Origin: a virus
Lineage: Duplodnaviria > Caudoviricetes
Reading direction: 5' to 3' (one strand)
IMG/VR virus record: IMGVR_UViG_3300050162_000080
Coordinates: 1-39,542 of that record
Length of the DNA: 39,542 nucleotides
Positions 16,297 through 26,300 of this stretch are shown piece by piece (position 1 is the first letter of the stretch; each line of letters opens with the position of its first letter). Position numbers and translations under genes: made by a program. Under the pieces are notes generated by a model. It ran no database searches, was not told the origin of the DNA, and was given only the letters and a program-made list of their open reading frames with translations.

Positions 16297-16334
16297 ACGT
16301 TGAGGGAGCCTCCGTCTCCTTCTGCGAAAAATCC

Positions 16335-16367
16335 AAGAGGGTGTCTCGAAAGAGGCACCCTCTTTTT
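16335..16367 (+). terminator. Terminator-like hairpin
   Basis: AAGAGGGTGTCTC-GAAA-GAGGCACCCTCTT-TTT. Confidence 0.7.
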
Positions 16368-16382
16368 CATTCAAGGACACAT

Positions 16383-17914
16383 ATGACTCAGCAAGTCAAC
16401 GATCACCTTATTTTGTTGGTTGGCAAATCTGCTACTGGCAAATCAGCTTCCCTGATGGGTTTGAAGAATCCTGAAGGGGTTCTCTACCTGAACTGTGAAG
16501 CTGGCAAACGACTGCCATTCCCTGCCAAGTTTATTCAGAAGACGGTCACCGATCCTCTGCAAATCTACGAGGCATTTGAATGGGCAGAGCAGCAAGCGCA
16601 CATCCACACTATTGTGATTGACACCCTCACGTACCTGCTTGACATGTACGAGTCGATTCACGTTTTGCCCTCATCTAACACCATGCAGGCTTAACTACTA
16701 GGCCGCCTGGCTAGAAATAGCCAGGGCAATACCGATTGAATTCAGGGAAAACCTAAGTCTGAAAAGATATGGCAATCCTGAGCGAAGACTGAAAGTACCC
16801 TAGCAAACAAGTACACTGTGTTTATTTGAAAGGGTATGTATGGGAAAAAAGCGCTACGGAAATGAATTGCATCCCTTGTACACACGATGGCTATCCATCA
16901 CGCAAAGGTGCACAAACCCCAACCACACTAGCTATATAAACTATGGTGCAAGGGGAATTTCCCTATCAGAAGACCTCAGATCATTTGAAGATTTCAAAGC
17001 CTTTGTTGAAAGCCTACCCAATTACAGTCCTACAGAAGGGACTGTTGACAGGCTGGACAACAACGAAGGATATACAAAATCAAATTTGAGATGGGCTTCT
17101 CGCAGCACACAAACCGCCAATCAGCGATCAAGTGGAAAAGGCTGCAATAGGTTTACCGGAGTAAATTGGAGCGTCACCCATAAACGATGGGTTGCTCGCG
17201 TAACATTTGAGAGCAAAACTCTTTTTTCAAAAGTCTGTTTGACTGAGGAAGAGGCCCTGAATGCGCGTAACGCATTCATCTCTCAAAACAATTTACCCCA
17301 CCCCATACAGTAATTTCAGTAACGTGCAACGACTATCCCCACAGGGGGAGTAGGCCTCAAGCTATTGGAGGTCGAAGCGGTTGGCACCTAAACAAGTAAT
17401 GTTGTAGGTGAAGATATAGTCTCTTCTCATGGGAAATCATGAGCAGTTCATAAGAGAACGGGCCAAGGCGTAGCGTCCTTGGTCGAAGATTAAGTGGGGC
17501 CAGTTCTCCCAGTATTTCAAGGTGCTGATGCAAAACCATGTGGCGAACTCCAAGAAGCGAGTGATCTTCCTGGCCCACACTGCCGACAACATGAACGAGT
17601 CGGAGATGGTCATGGAAACCAAGGTGCCTGTGAAGGGTGCTCTGAAGAACAACGGAATTGAAAGTTACTTCAGTGTGGTCATTGGTTCCAAGAAGGTTTC
17701 ACTGAAATCTCTCAAGGAATACAAGTCCGACCTTCTGAACGTGACTCCTGAAGAGGAAATGCTTGGCTTCAAGTACGTCTTCCAAACCAAGCTCACCCGT
17801 GAAACCGTCCATGAACGCCTTCGTGGTCCACTGGGTATGTGGACCAATGGTGAAACCTTTATTGACAATAACCTTCAACTGGTCTTGGATCGACTCCAAA
17901 CCTATTACGGCTGA
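16383..17914 (+). CDS. Sak4-like P-loop ATPase / ssDNA annealing protein (N4 gp44-like), spliced: join(16383..16691,17495..17914), 242 aa
   Basis: Exon 1 has Walker A GKSATGKS and Walker B IVIDT. Joining GCT|TGG gives continuous NTMQA-WGQFSQYFKVLMQ in frame with the 17522..17914 ORF (IFLAH). Lies between the primase and SSB. Confidence 0.88.
16692..17494 (+). mobile_element. Group I self-splicing intron, 803 nt
   Basis: Exon ends in U and intron ends in G. P1 GGCU|UA-loop-UAGGCC has the U-G pair. Core elements AATTCAGGGAA, GGCAATCCTGAGCGAAG, GCAACGACTA and GAAGATATAGTC (P7 GACTA/TAGTC). Confidence 0.92.
16840..17313 (+). CDS. Intron-encoded homing endonuclease (HNH-like plus AP2 DNA-binding domain)
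   Basis: YGARGI...TVDRLDNNEGY..SNLRWA...Q..NQR, followed by FTGV...KRWVARV. Bracketed by the ACTGAAA (16788) / TTTCAGT (17314) stem in the P6 region. Confidence 0.85.
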   Translation: MGKKRYGNELHPLYTRWLSITQRCTNPNHTSYINYGARGISLSEDLRSFEDFKAFVESLPNYSPTEGTVDRLDNNEGYTKSNLRWASRSTQTANQRSSGKGCNRFTGVNWSVTHKRWVARVTFESKTLFSKVCLTEEEALNARNAFISQNNLPHPIQ

Positions 17915-17972
17915 TTAGAATCAGCCCTTTTCAAACAAACCCAACCTGCTTTACGCAACTCCAAGGAATACC

Positions 17973-18716
17973 ATGTCTCTTCTTTCCAATCTCTCTACCG
18001 ATTCTTCTATTGCCGATGAACAAGATGTCATCGGTGGTTCCCGCATCCTGGAATCGGGCATGTACACCCTGAATATCAAGCTGGCCTATCTGACCAAAGC
18101 TGACAGTGGTGCCCTGGCTCTGAACATCGTGGGCAAAACCGGCAACCAAGAAGTCCGTCAACAGTTCTGGATGACCTCTGGCACGGCCAAAGGCTGCAAG
18201 AACACCTACCAGGACAAGGATGGCAAGGCCCAGTACCTGCCTGGTTTCATCATGGCCAACAGCCTGTGCCTGCTGACTGTGGGCAAGGAAATCAGCCAAC
18301 TGGAAACCGAACAGAAGGTGATCCCTCTGTACAACTCTGCAGCCAAGGCCGAAGTTCCCACCAAGGTGGAAATGCTGACCGACCTGATCGGCCAAGACAT
18401 CCTGGCTGCAGTGCTGCGTCAGACCGTTGACAAGACGGCCAAGAACGCAGCAACAGGTGCTTATGAGCCCACTGGTGAAACTCGTGATGAGAACGAAATC
18501 GAAAAGTTCTTCCGTGCACGCGACCGCATGACCACGGCTGAAATCCGTGCCCAGGCAGAAACCGCAGTGTTCGTGGACACCTGGGCTTCCAAGTGGACGG
18601 GCATTACCAAAAACAAGGCCAAGAGTGCTGGTGCCAAGGGTACGGCAGGTCTGCCGGGTGCCAAGGCCAGTGCTCCGGTAGGTTCTTCCAAGCCCGCCAG
18701 CAGCCTGTTTGCCTGA
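17973..18716 (+). CDS. ssb: Single-stranded DNA-binding protein, N4 gp45-like
   Basis: AAGGA RBS, synteny after the Sak4-like gene, YLPGF and ENEIEKFF motifs, and a flexible tail ending SSLFA. Confidence 0.8.
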   Translation: MSLLSNLSTDSSIADEQDVIGGSRILESGMYTLNIKLAYLTKADSGALALNIVGKTGNQEVRQQFWMTSGTAKGCKNTYQDKDGKAQYLPGFIMANSLCLLTVGKEISQLETEQKVIPLYNSAAKAEVPTKVEMLTDLIGQDILAAVLRQTVDKTAKNAATGAYEPTGETRDENEIEKFFRARDRMTTAEIRAQAETAVFVDTWASKWTGITKNKAKSAGAKGTAGLPGAKASAPVGSSKPASSLFA

Positions 18717-18736
18717 TCCCCTGCCTTACCCCTTAC

Positions 18737-18765
18737 TGGGCCTGTGAAAACGCACCACAGGCCCA
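18737..18765. other. Intergenic 10-bp stem-loop
   Basis: TGGGCCTGTG-AAAACGCAC-CACAGGCCCA after the ssb stop. No T-run on the + strand. Confidence 0.5.
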
Positions 18766-18778
18766 AAGAAAGCATCCC

Positions 18779-19183
18779 ATGACCCAAACCAACGAAGCTG
18801 TTGAACCCCAAGACACTTCTGCTCAAGCAGAAGCCCCCAAGGAGTTCAACAGTGAAGTTCAACTGAAGCCCATTGAGTCGATGGACCAGTTTTTCTCGAT
18901 CCTGTCGGTCTGGCACAGCCACCAGATGCAGACTGTCAACCACTTCATGAACATCCCGGATGGCACGGAAGTTACCCTCACCAACTCCACTGATCCTTTG
19001 ATCCTGACCGGTGACGCTTTGCGTGGTTTCCAAGCTGGCCTGTCCACTGCCATGGACTACTTTGGCACACTGCCAATCAGCCAGTCCTTTGGCCCCGAAG
19101 AAGCCAAGGAAGAACAACTGAGTCAGGAACAACTGGAACTGGCTCTGGTCACTGTCTCGGCTGAAACCGCTGTCGCTCACTGA
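18779..19183 (+). CDS. Hypothetical acidic protein, 134 aa
   Basis: ATG at 18779 (the longer ORF-track start overlaps ssb). Stop overlaps the next ATG. Confidence 0.7.
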   Translation: MTQTNEAVEPQDTSAQAEAPKEFNSEVQLKPIESMDQFFSILSVWHSHQMQTVNHFMNIPDGTEVTLTNSTDPLILTGDALRGFQAGLSTAMDYFGTLPISQSFGPEEAKEEQLSQEQLELALVTVSAETAVAH

Positions 19184-19749
19184 TGAGTCGGCAAATTCCA
19201 GTTGTCGGAATGGACCCCAGCCTACGGCATTGGGGTATCTCGATTGGTGTGCTTGATCTGGACACCAACAAGATCACCATTCAGAAGCTCAATACCATTG
19301 AGCCAACCATCCCAACTGGCAAACAGGTACGACAAAACAGCAAAGACATCGAAGCTGCTCGACAACTCACTGCAGGCGCAGTTGACGCTCTCAAGCAAGC
19401 CAAGATGGCCTTTGTTGAAGTGCCTGTGGGAAGTCAATCTGCCCGTGCCATGGCTTCATACGCAATCTGCGTAGGCATCTTGGGTGCCCTCAGAGCAGGT
19501 GGCCTTCAGTTCATGGAAGTCACCGCATCCGAGGTCAAGGTTGCAGCCACAGGCGATCCTACTGCTTCCAAGAAGCAGATGATTGACTGGGCTATGAAAA
19601 CCCATCCCGAAGCCAATTGGCCTACCTACACACGCAAAGGCGTTGTGAAGGTGACCGAATCTACTGCTGAACACATGGCTGACGCAACTGGTGCCATTCA
19701 TGCAGGGATCAAATCAAACCAGTTCCAACAACTCATCTCCTTACTTTGA
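19183..19749 (+). CDS. RuvC-like Holliday junction resolvase
   Basis: VVGMDPSLRHWG, FVEVP, ASKKQM and HMADA RNase H-fold motifs. Confidence 0.85.
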   Translation: MSRQIPVVGMDPSLRHWGISIGVLDLDTNKITIQKLNTIEPTIPTGKQVRQNSKDIEAARQLTAGAVDALKQAKMAFVEVPVGSQSARAMASYAICVGILGALRAGGLQFMEVTASEVKVAATGDPTASKKQMIDWAMKTHPEANWPTYTRKGVVKVTESTAEHMADATGAIHAGIKSNQFQQLISLL

Positions 19750-19758
19750 AAGAGAACC

Positions 19759-20109
19759 ATGAAACTCGTTCTTCAAGAACCTGACATCCTGGCAGGCATC
19801 AAGCTGTTTGTGCAATCGCAAGGCATCTTGCTGGCCAACAAGACCGTTGAGGCTGCTTTCACGGCAAGCCGCAAGGGTGCTGGCCTGAGCGTTGAACTCG
19901 TCATCGAAGACGTTGTGAAACCCTCGGCACAGGAAACCCCTGTTCAAGCTGCTGCAGTGACTTCGGAAGAAGCCACCGCAAAGGAGCTGGATGTGCAAGA
20001 ACCTGAGCAAGAGCCGGTTGCTGCTCAAGAACTTCCTGAAGCTGTCGTGACTGCTCTGGTACCAGAAGCTGCCAACGAAGTGCCACAAGCCAAAAGCCTG
20101 TTCGGCTAA
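19759..20109 (+). CDS. Hypothetical protein with acidic low-complexity tail ending SLFG
   Basis: N4-like position after the resolvase. Confidence 0.75.
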   Translation: MKLVLQEPDILAGIKLFVQSQGILLANKTVEAAFTASRKGAGLSVELVIEDVVKPSAQETPVQAAAVTSEEATAKELDVQEPEQEPVAAQELPEAVVTALVPEAANEVPQAKSLFG

Positions 20110-20112
20110 ACC

Positions 20113-20307
20113 ATGGGACGCAAGCTATTGAGCTTGGTCCTCTCCCTCATGGGGTTCATCATTGTGATAGCCGTCATGGGGGCGGTGATTTTTGTAGGCT
20201 GGTATGTCTACCTGGCAGTGTTGCTGCTCGGTGCATGTGTAGTTGCTTGCTGCATCCTGGCATTCATCTACACCAGCATCAAGAATTACTTCATCAATCC
20301 ACGATAG
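20113..20307 (+). CDS. Small two-TM membrane protein, 64 aa
   Basis: Almost entirely hydrophobic. Last gene of the + strand block. Confidence 0.65.
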   Translation: MGRKLLSLVLSLMGFIIVIAVMGAVIFVGWYVYLAVLLLGACVVACCILAFIYTSIKNYFINPR

Positions 20308-20344
20308 TTGACCGCATCGTGAAGACCTTTCCGAGTGAATGAAC

Positions 20345-20368
20345 GAAGGCCCCGTCATTGGGGCCTTC
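20345..20368. terminator. Hairpin between convergent middle and late blocks
   Basis: GAAGGCCCC-GTCATT-GGGGCCTTC. Confidence 0.65.
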
Positions 20369-20385
20369 CTTCATTTTCTACCTGG

Positions 20386-23300
20386 TTACAGCAGAGAGAG
20401 AATCGTATTGGCCGTGGCCGCTTCGGTCAGGGCTTTGGGGTAAACCGCAGCACCCAAACCAATGGGGTTGTGTCCAATTCGAGTCAGGAACGAACTGTCT
20501 GTAGGCATCGGAAGATTGCCTGCAAAGTTGTTCAAAGCCACCGCACTGAGAACGCGCAGAGGGTTGTCTTGGAAGTTGCGAGCCAGGACACGCTGAATGC
20601 TCAAGAAATACTTGATGAAAGGCAACACACCCATTTCATCCATATACTGAATCTTCTTGGGCAAAGGAATGTCGTAGTTCACAAAGGCCTCAGATGCCTC
20701 AAACACAGCTTCAGCACTGGTCATAGGATTCTTTCGAGTCGTCAGATGCTTGTACATGGCATACCGACTGATGAAGTCCGAATACTGAGTGGCTTTGCTG
20801 GGAATCTTGTACAGAAGGGAGTCATGGGTCATGTACATGAACCTACCTGCTTTGAGCACATGCTTGTTCAAGCCCGAGGTTTTATCCTCCACCCAGTTGG
20901 TGAGTTCACTCTTGTAAGAGTACGGGTTTTCTTCCATGGACACATCTTCCACCAGAGTCGGCAGCAAGCCTGCATCAATCATTTCCTTGATAGGGTTGCG
21001 TGCAATCCGGTCTTGCAACTCCACCATTTGAGCCGCCACTTCGTCCATGCTTTGGCTTCCGTACCCGGTGTCCTGAATCAACTGCAGTCGGGCCAGGGCA
21101 GCTCGGTCACGTTCGTAATCCATCACACCCTTCAAAGCAATGTGCTGGTCACGCAGGGAATCCAACATGGGTACGCCCTTCAATGCCAACATCATCATGT
21201 TGGACAGCATGTTGTCTCGCAGCACGGTGAACGACTTCACCACAATGAAATCCTTGGCTTCCTGAACAATCTCTTGCCAGCCAGCCTCGATTTGACGCAC
21301 GGTGGCTGCACCACGCTTGGCGTACTGGATTGCACCTTGCTGGTCCATCTTCAAAGCCTTACGTGCGTACAAACGCAGTGAGTACCCTACCGCATCCATG
21401 AACTGACGTTCAGCCCAGTTTGGCTTGGCTTTGTCGTACATGTCGGCCAGGCTCATTTTGCGATACCCAAACACCACATCCACCATGTTCTTCGGAACCC
21501 ACAAGCCATCTGTGCCCCAGATACGTTGCACGTCTTGCTTGGTTTTCTCAGGCAACATGTCCCAGATTTCCTTCATCTTGGGGTCCGTGCTGGTGTTGTG
21601 CACCTGGATGAACTGCTTAGGATTCAGACCAAAGTTCTTGGTGTAGTGCTCACGCAGAGCTTCCATCACAAGTTCGTTCTGTTCTCGGGTGGCTTGCTTG
21701 TCAAAGGTTTGACCTGCCATCGTGCCCAACAGATGCTCGAAACGGTTGTCTCGACGGAGCAAGGTGTCTCGCGTCTGGTGGCCCATGACATAGCGGTAAT
21801 CCACCATTTCCCCATGCTGGTTCAAGATGGGCAGCATGTAGTTCTGCTTTTCACGGGCTTTGAACGGATCAAAGCCAGGATCGGCCTTGAACTGGTTCAA
21901 CACTTCTTGATGAGCACGGCTGGAAATTGCGGCCATGCTCAAAGCGTTGTTCTTGCCTTCTTGCAGATGGGTGCTGTAGAACTGGTTGTGCTTGCTGGTG
22001 CCCTTGGCTTTGGTATCGGTCAACGACACCATGCCAGTCAGACGACGGCTCATGCCACCACCTCGCAGGACATAGATCATGGCCTTGCGTTTGTCGGGAT
22101 CGTTCTTGTCCAGCATCACCGGCTGATAGGCCACGTAGCCTTTGTCCAGCAAGGCTTGCACCTCTGCAGGATCACGGGCAACTTCAAATGCCACAGTGGG
22201 GTCAACCACTTCAGGCATGTAGCCATGAATCATCATGGTTTCACTGTTTTTGAACAAGCGTTCTTCTGCCTGGATGTGCAGATGCTTGTGCATGTGCAGG
22301 GCCATCAGAACACCGCTTTGGTCACCACGGACACTCTCAGAACGCATCAGAGAGGCTGCTGCTGCGATGGAATCCTTGTTGGAATACCGAAGGCCATACA
22401 ACGTCACCAATCGCTCCAAAACGAGTTTGGCTGCTTCGCTGTGTGCCGGGGCCTTGCCTCCCAGGTTGATCACCGAAGCGATGTTGCCTGCATTGAGCAT
22501 TTGGTTGTCCACTGCCACCATGCCGGTGGCAGTGTAGAAACCAAGACCCTTGGCCTGCTTGATGTAGTAATGCACCTCTGGGTAGCCAGACAGCGCACCC
22601 ACTTCCTTGTCGATGGCTGCTTTCAGTGCCTTGGGGGCATCCAGCATCTTCAGGATTTCGTCCATGCTGTAGCTGTCCACCAGGAAGTGCATCCCGGTAC
22701 GCAGCACCACAGAAGCCAGGGCATCACTTTGCTCCTTGGTGATGTCTTCCCCTTCGTTGGCAAAGGAAGACTTAACCAAGCTGGACACGTCGTTGGACAC
22801 GGCCAGTCGCTGCTTCTCCACCTTCTTGGCTTCCAGCAAAAGGGTGTTGGCCCACTGAGAAATGCCACTGACATAGTTGACCAGGCCCAAGGCAGTGCCC
22901 GTGCTGGATTTCCACAGGGAATCTCGCATGGCATTCATCTGTTGGACGATGGCTCCGGCTTTGCCACTGGCTGCAATGTTGGTGGCAACACCCGCAATGC
23001 GAACCACCTTGAAGCTGTTTTGCTTCACAAACTTGGACTGGGTGGCGTTGACCACTTGCTGTCTGATGCCTTTGACAACCTTGGCTCCTTGGGCCTCGAT
23101 GGGATCAAAGAAAGAGGTGATCGACTTGCCAGCCATGATCTGGCCCTTGCCTCGGCTTTCGGCTTGTACCAAGTCAGTCACCAGTGCAGCCATCTTTGAG
23201 GTGCCTGCTTGGCCCAAGGAAGTACCCGTCTGCCAAGAACCCACCCAATCGGTGGCAGCACGCCAAGTAGCTTCCACACGTTCCATGAAGGAACGACCCT

Positions 23301-26300
23301 TCATCACCAGGTCTGCCTTGCGAGTCTCAAAGGTCATGGCTTTGTTGAACTGCTCATTGGCCAGGGTCAACGCCATGAAGCGAGCCATGTAATTGGACTT
23401 CCCATCCAGGGAACCATGCGATTCTGGCTGGAAGACGAACTTGTAGAGGTCGGTCGGGATGTTGCCTTTGAGCTTTTCCTTGGCTTGTGCGTAGAGCTTT
23501 TCCAGTTCACGGAACACAGCGTTGTCTACTGCCGACTTGTCTTGCAGGACATGGGTGAACACGGCTTCCACCTGTTCAGCCACATAGGCTTCTTTCTGAG
23601 AGAAGCCAAGAGGAGCATTGAGCACCCGCGAAGAGAAGGGACGCTGCCCCTTGGCCTGCAGAGCAGACCAGACATCCAAGGGGTTGTTGCCCAAGCTGGC
23701 TTCAATCTGGGTTTTCACTGCACCAAAGGGACCATGCAGTTTGTTAACCACATCATCCAGCACAGTCTGCAGCCGTTCCTGGAACACAGCACTGGAGCCA
23801 TAACCACTCAAGGAGTCGAAAACTTCCTGAGTGGTGTAGTCGTTCACAGGTGAAGGTGAAACCATGTTCATGGTTTCTTCAATGTCTTGCAGCTCCTTCA
23901 CGAAGTTTCGGTCTTCGCTGGCTTCCATGACTTCCACCAGGTCATTCACTCGGATCACCAAAGCCGTGAAAGCATCCACTTCAGCTTCCTTGCCCGTCAT
24001 CTGACGGTTGAACAGCAAGCCAGTGACCTTGGTGATGAAGTCATGCAGGGCAGTCACAAACTTGCCCAGCTTGGACTTGACTTGAATCTTGCCCAACTCA
24101 GCACGGACATCCTGGTTGGTCAGCCCCCAGGAGATGAACTCATCCAGATTGCCGGTGGCGTGCACCATGTTGTCGCTCATGGACTTACCACGGTGGTAAG
24201 CCTTCACTTGTTGAAGCAAATTGTCGAGGTCGGTAACGATCTTCTTTTGCTCTTCTGTCCGGGGCTTGCGAACCGTGCTCACCAAAGCAGCGTGCAGCAG
24301 CTCGTGCACCAGAAGTTCCGAAGTCAAACCAGACTTGGCGAACTCAGTGCCACGCACGTAGATCGTGTTAGTGGACGGGATGAACCATCCACGAGAACCC
24401 AGTTCGTTGACAGGAAGGTCTTCTTCAAGGGTTTCCGTGGTGACGTACTGCACTTTCAAGCCAGGAGGAAGGATGGCCTTGACTCGCCCCAACATGGTAC
24501 GCAGGTACTTGGCTTCCTGGTTTTCGCTCTTGCCCAGGTGCCCTGCCAGGAACTCCACCAACTCTGAACCATCCATCTTTGGTTGGCCTTCAAACAAAGC
24601 CACCAGACCAGGTGCAGGGGCCACAGCAGGCTTGCCAATCGGACCCAGCACCGTGCCAAAGCCCTTGGTGTACATCTCACCCAAGAACGACAGCAGGCGG
24701 GCTGCCTGCTCTGGTTTGAGGTTTTCCGTGATGGCTTGAGTAGCTCCCTTTGTACCACCCCCTGCCTCAAATGCTCGCAGCACCTTGTCAATGGCGTAGT
24801 TCTGAAAGCTGTGGGTGCCCTTGCGATCTTTCAGCAATCGAAGCACACGGATGATATGGTTGTCAGGCATGGCCGTTACAGTGACAAAAAACTCAGGGTT
24901 TGTGGTGATGACTTCATCCACAACAGGAGACATACCACTGTTCAGAACTTCCCCCAAACCACCCAAAGCAATGCCAACTTCATCTGGCATGGTGAACTTC
25001 ACTTCTTCCAGCTTTTTGACTGCAGCTTCTCGGTCTGTATCAGTGACCACATACTGACCACCTTGCAGTGCGTATTGGTCAATAAAGCCCATCTCAGCCA
25101 GAACACTCAGACGCATCTGATCTGCCACACCTGCTGTGTAATACGCATTGCTGACCAAGCCATTGATTACTTCAAGTAGGCTCTGATTTTTAATCCTGGC
25201 TTTGTCTTCTTTCGGTGCTGCTTTCAGAGCATCAGCTTTGATTTGTTCCAGTGCTGCAGTCAGTGCCGGAGTCACGTATTGCTGAAAGCTCTCGTCAGCC
25301 ATCAGCTTGCCAAGCTCTTGCAGCATGTTGCCCATGGAATCGGCCATGGCCTTCATGGGGGAGTAGTTCAGCAAGGCTTCCCAAGTGGCTGCATTGAGGT
25401 TCTTTGCCACCTGAGTGAACTCACCCATGCCCGCCACATGAGCATCATGAATGTTCAATGCTTCCGACAAGAAAGCTGCCACATGGGAGATGTAGCTGTC
25501 AGACGAGTGGATCGAAGCAGGAACCAGAGATACCCCCGGATCAGCGGTCACCATGCTTTCCGCAGCCACTTTCTCAACACGGTTGGTTTTTCCAGACTCA
25601 CGTTGGAAAGCCACATTGGTTTCATACTGACTGTCCGAACTCATCTGTTGCTTGGTCTTGGCCACAGGCAAACCAGCATCAGGATTGCCACTGGCTTGTG
25701 AGTACGCAGTACCCAGAACAGGCATCAACTTGTTGATCCGAGTCATGAACTCGGCTTCTTGCTTCTGAGAGAGGTCTACCGTGTTCTCGCCCATAGCAGA
25801 CATGTCGATGTCACCTTGCAGTGCAAGCTCTCGGATGTACTGCTGCCGGAGCGTTGAACGCACCGCATCCGAAACCAAGTACATGGCCTTGGCAGTGCGG
25901 GTCATTGCATTACGGCGTTCAATGATCCCAGCGAAGGCAGTCCCCATGGTGTCAACCATGGGCTTGCCGAACTTCTCAGAGAAAGCCTCTTTCAAGACTT
26001 TGCGTTGTTGCCAAGTCAGGGGAGTTGCCAACAGATCAGACAACGGCATGTGCTGAATCTGCTGCGTGCTCGGCAAGATTTTGTTGAGGTTGTCAATCAG
26101 TTCAGCCGTCTTTGCGTACTGCTCACTAGCAGGAAGGCTTGCCAGCTTTTCCATCTTGGAATACACAGCATCCAAGAAAGTGTCACCCAAGCCTTCTTGA
26201 ATGGTTCCCAAGCCAGAACCAAACATCAAAGCAGTGATCGGCTTTTTCACGATGTCTCGACCACCCTTGGCAATCTTGCCAGCCTCATCCACCATCTCAC

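Noticed and set aside
16341-17914. Two separate genes or a pseudogene (117 aa and 130 aa) around a free-standing endonuclease
   Set aside because: The group I core and exact in-frame splice junctions explain both as exons of one gene.
18593-18778. N-terminal extension of the 196-aa ORF
   Set aside because: It overlaps ssb out of frame and crosses an intergenic hairpin. ATG 18779 is the more plausible start.
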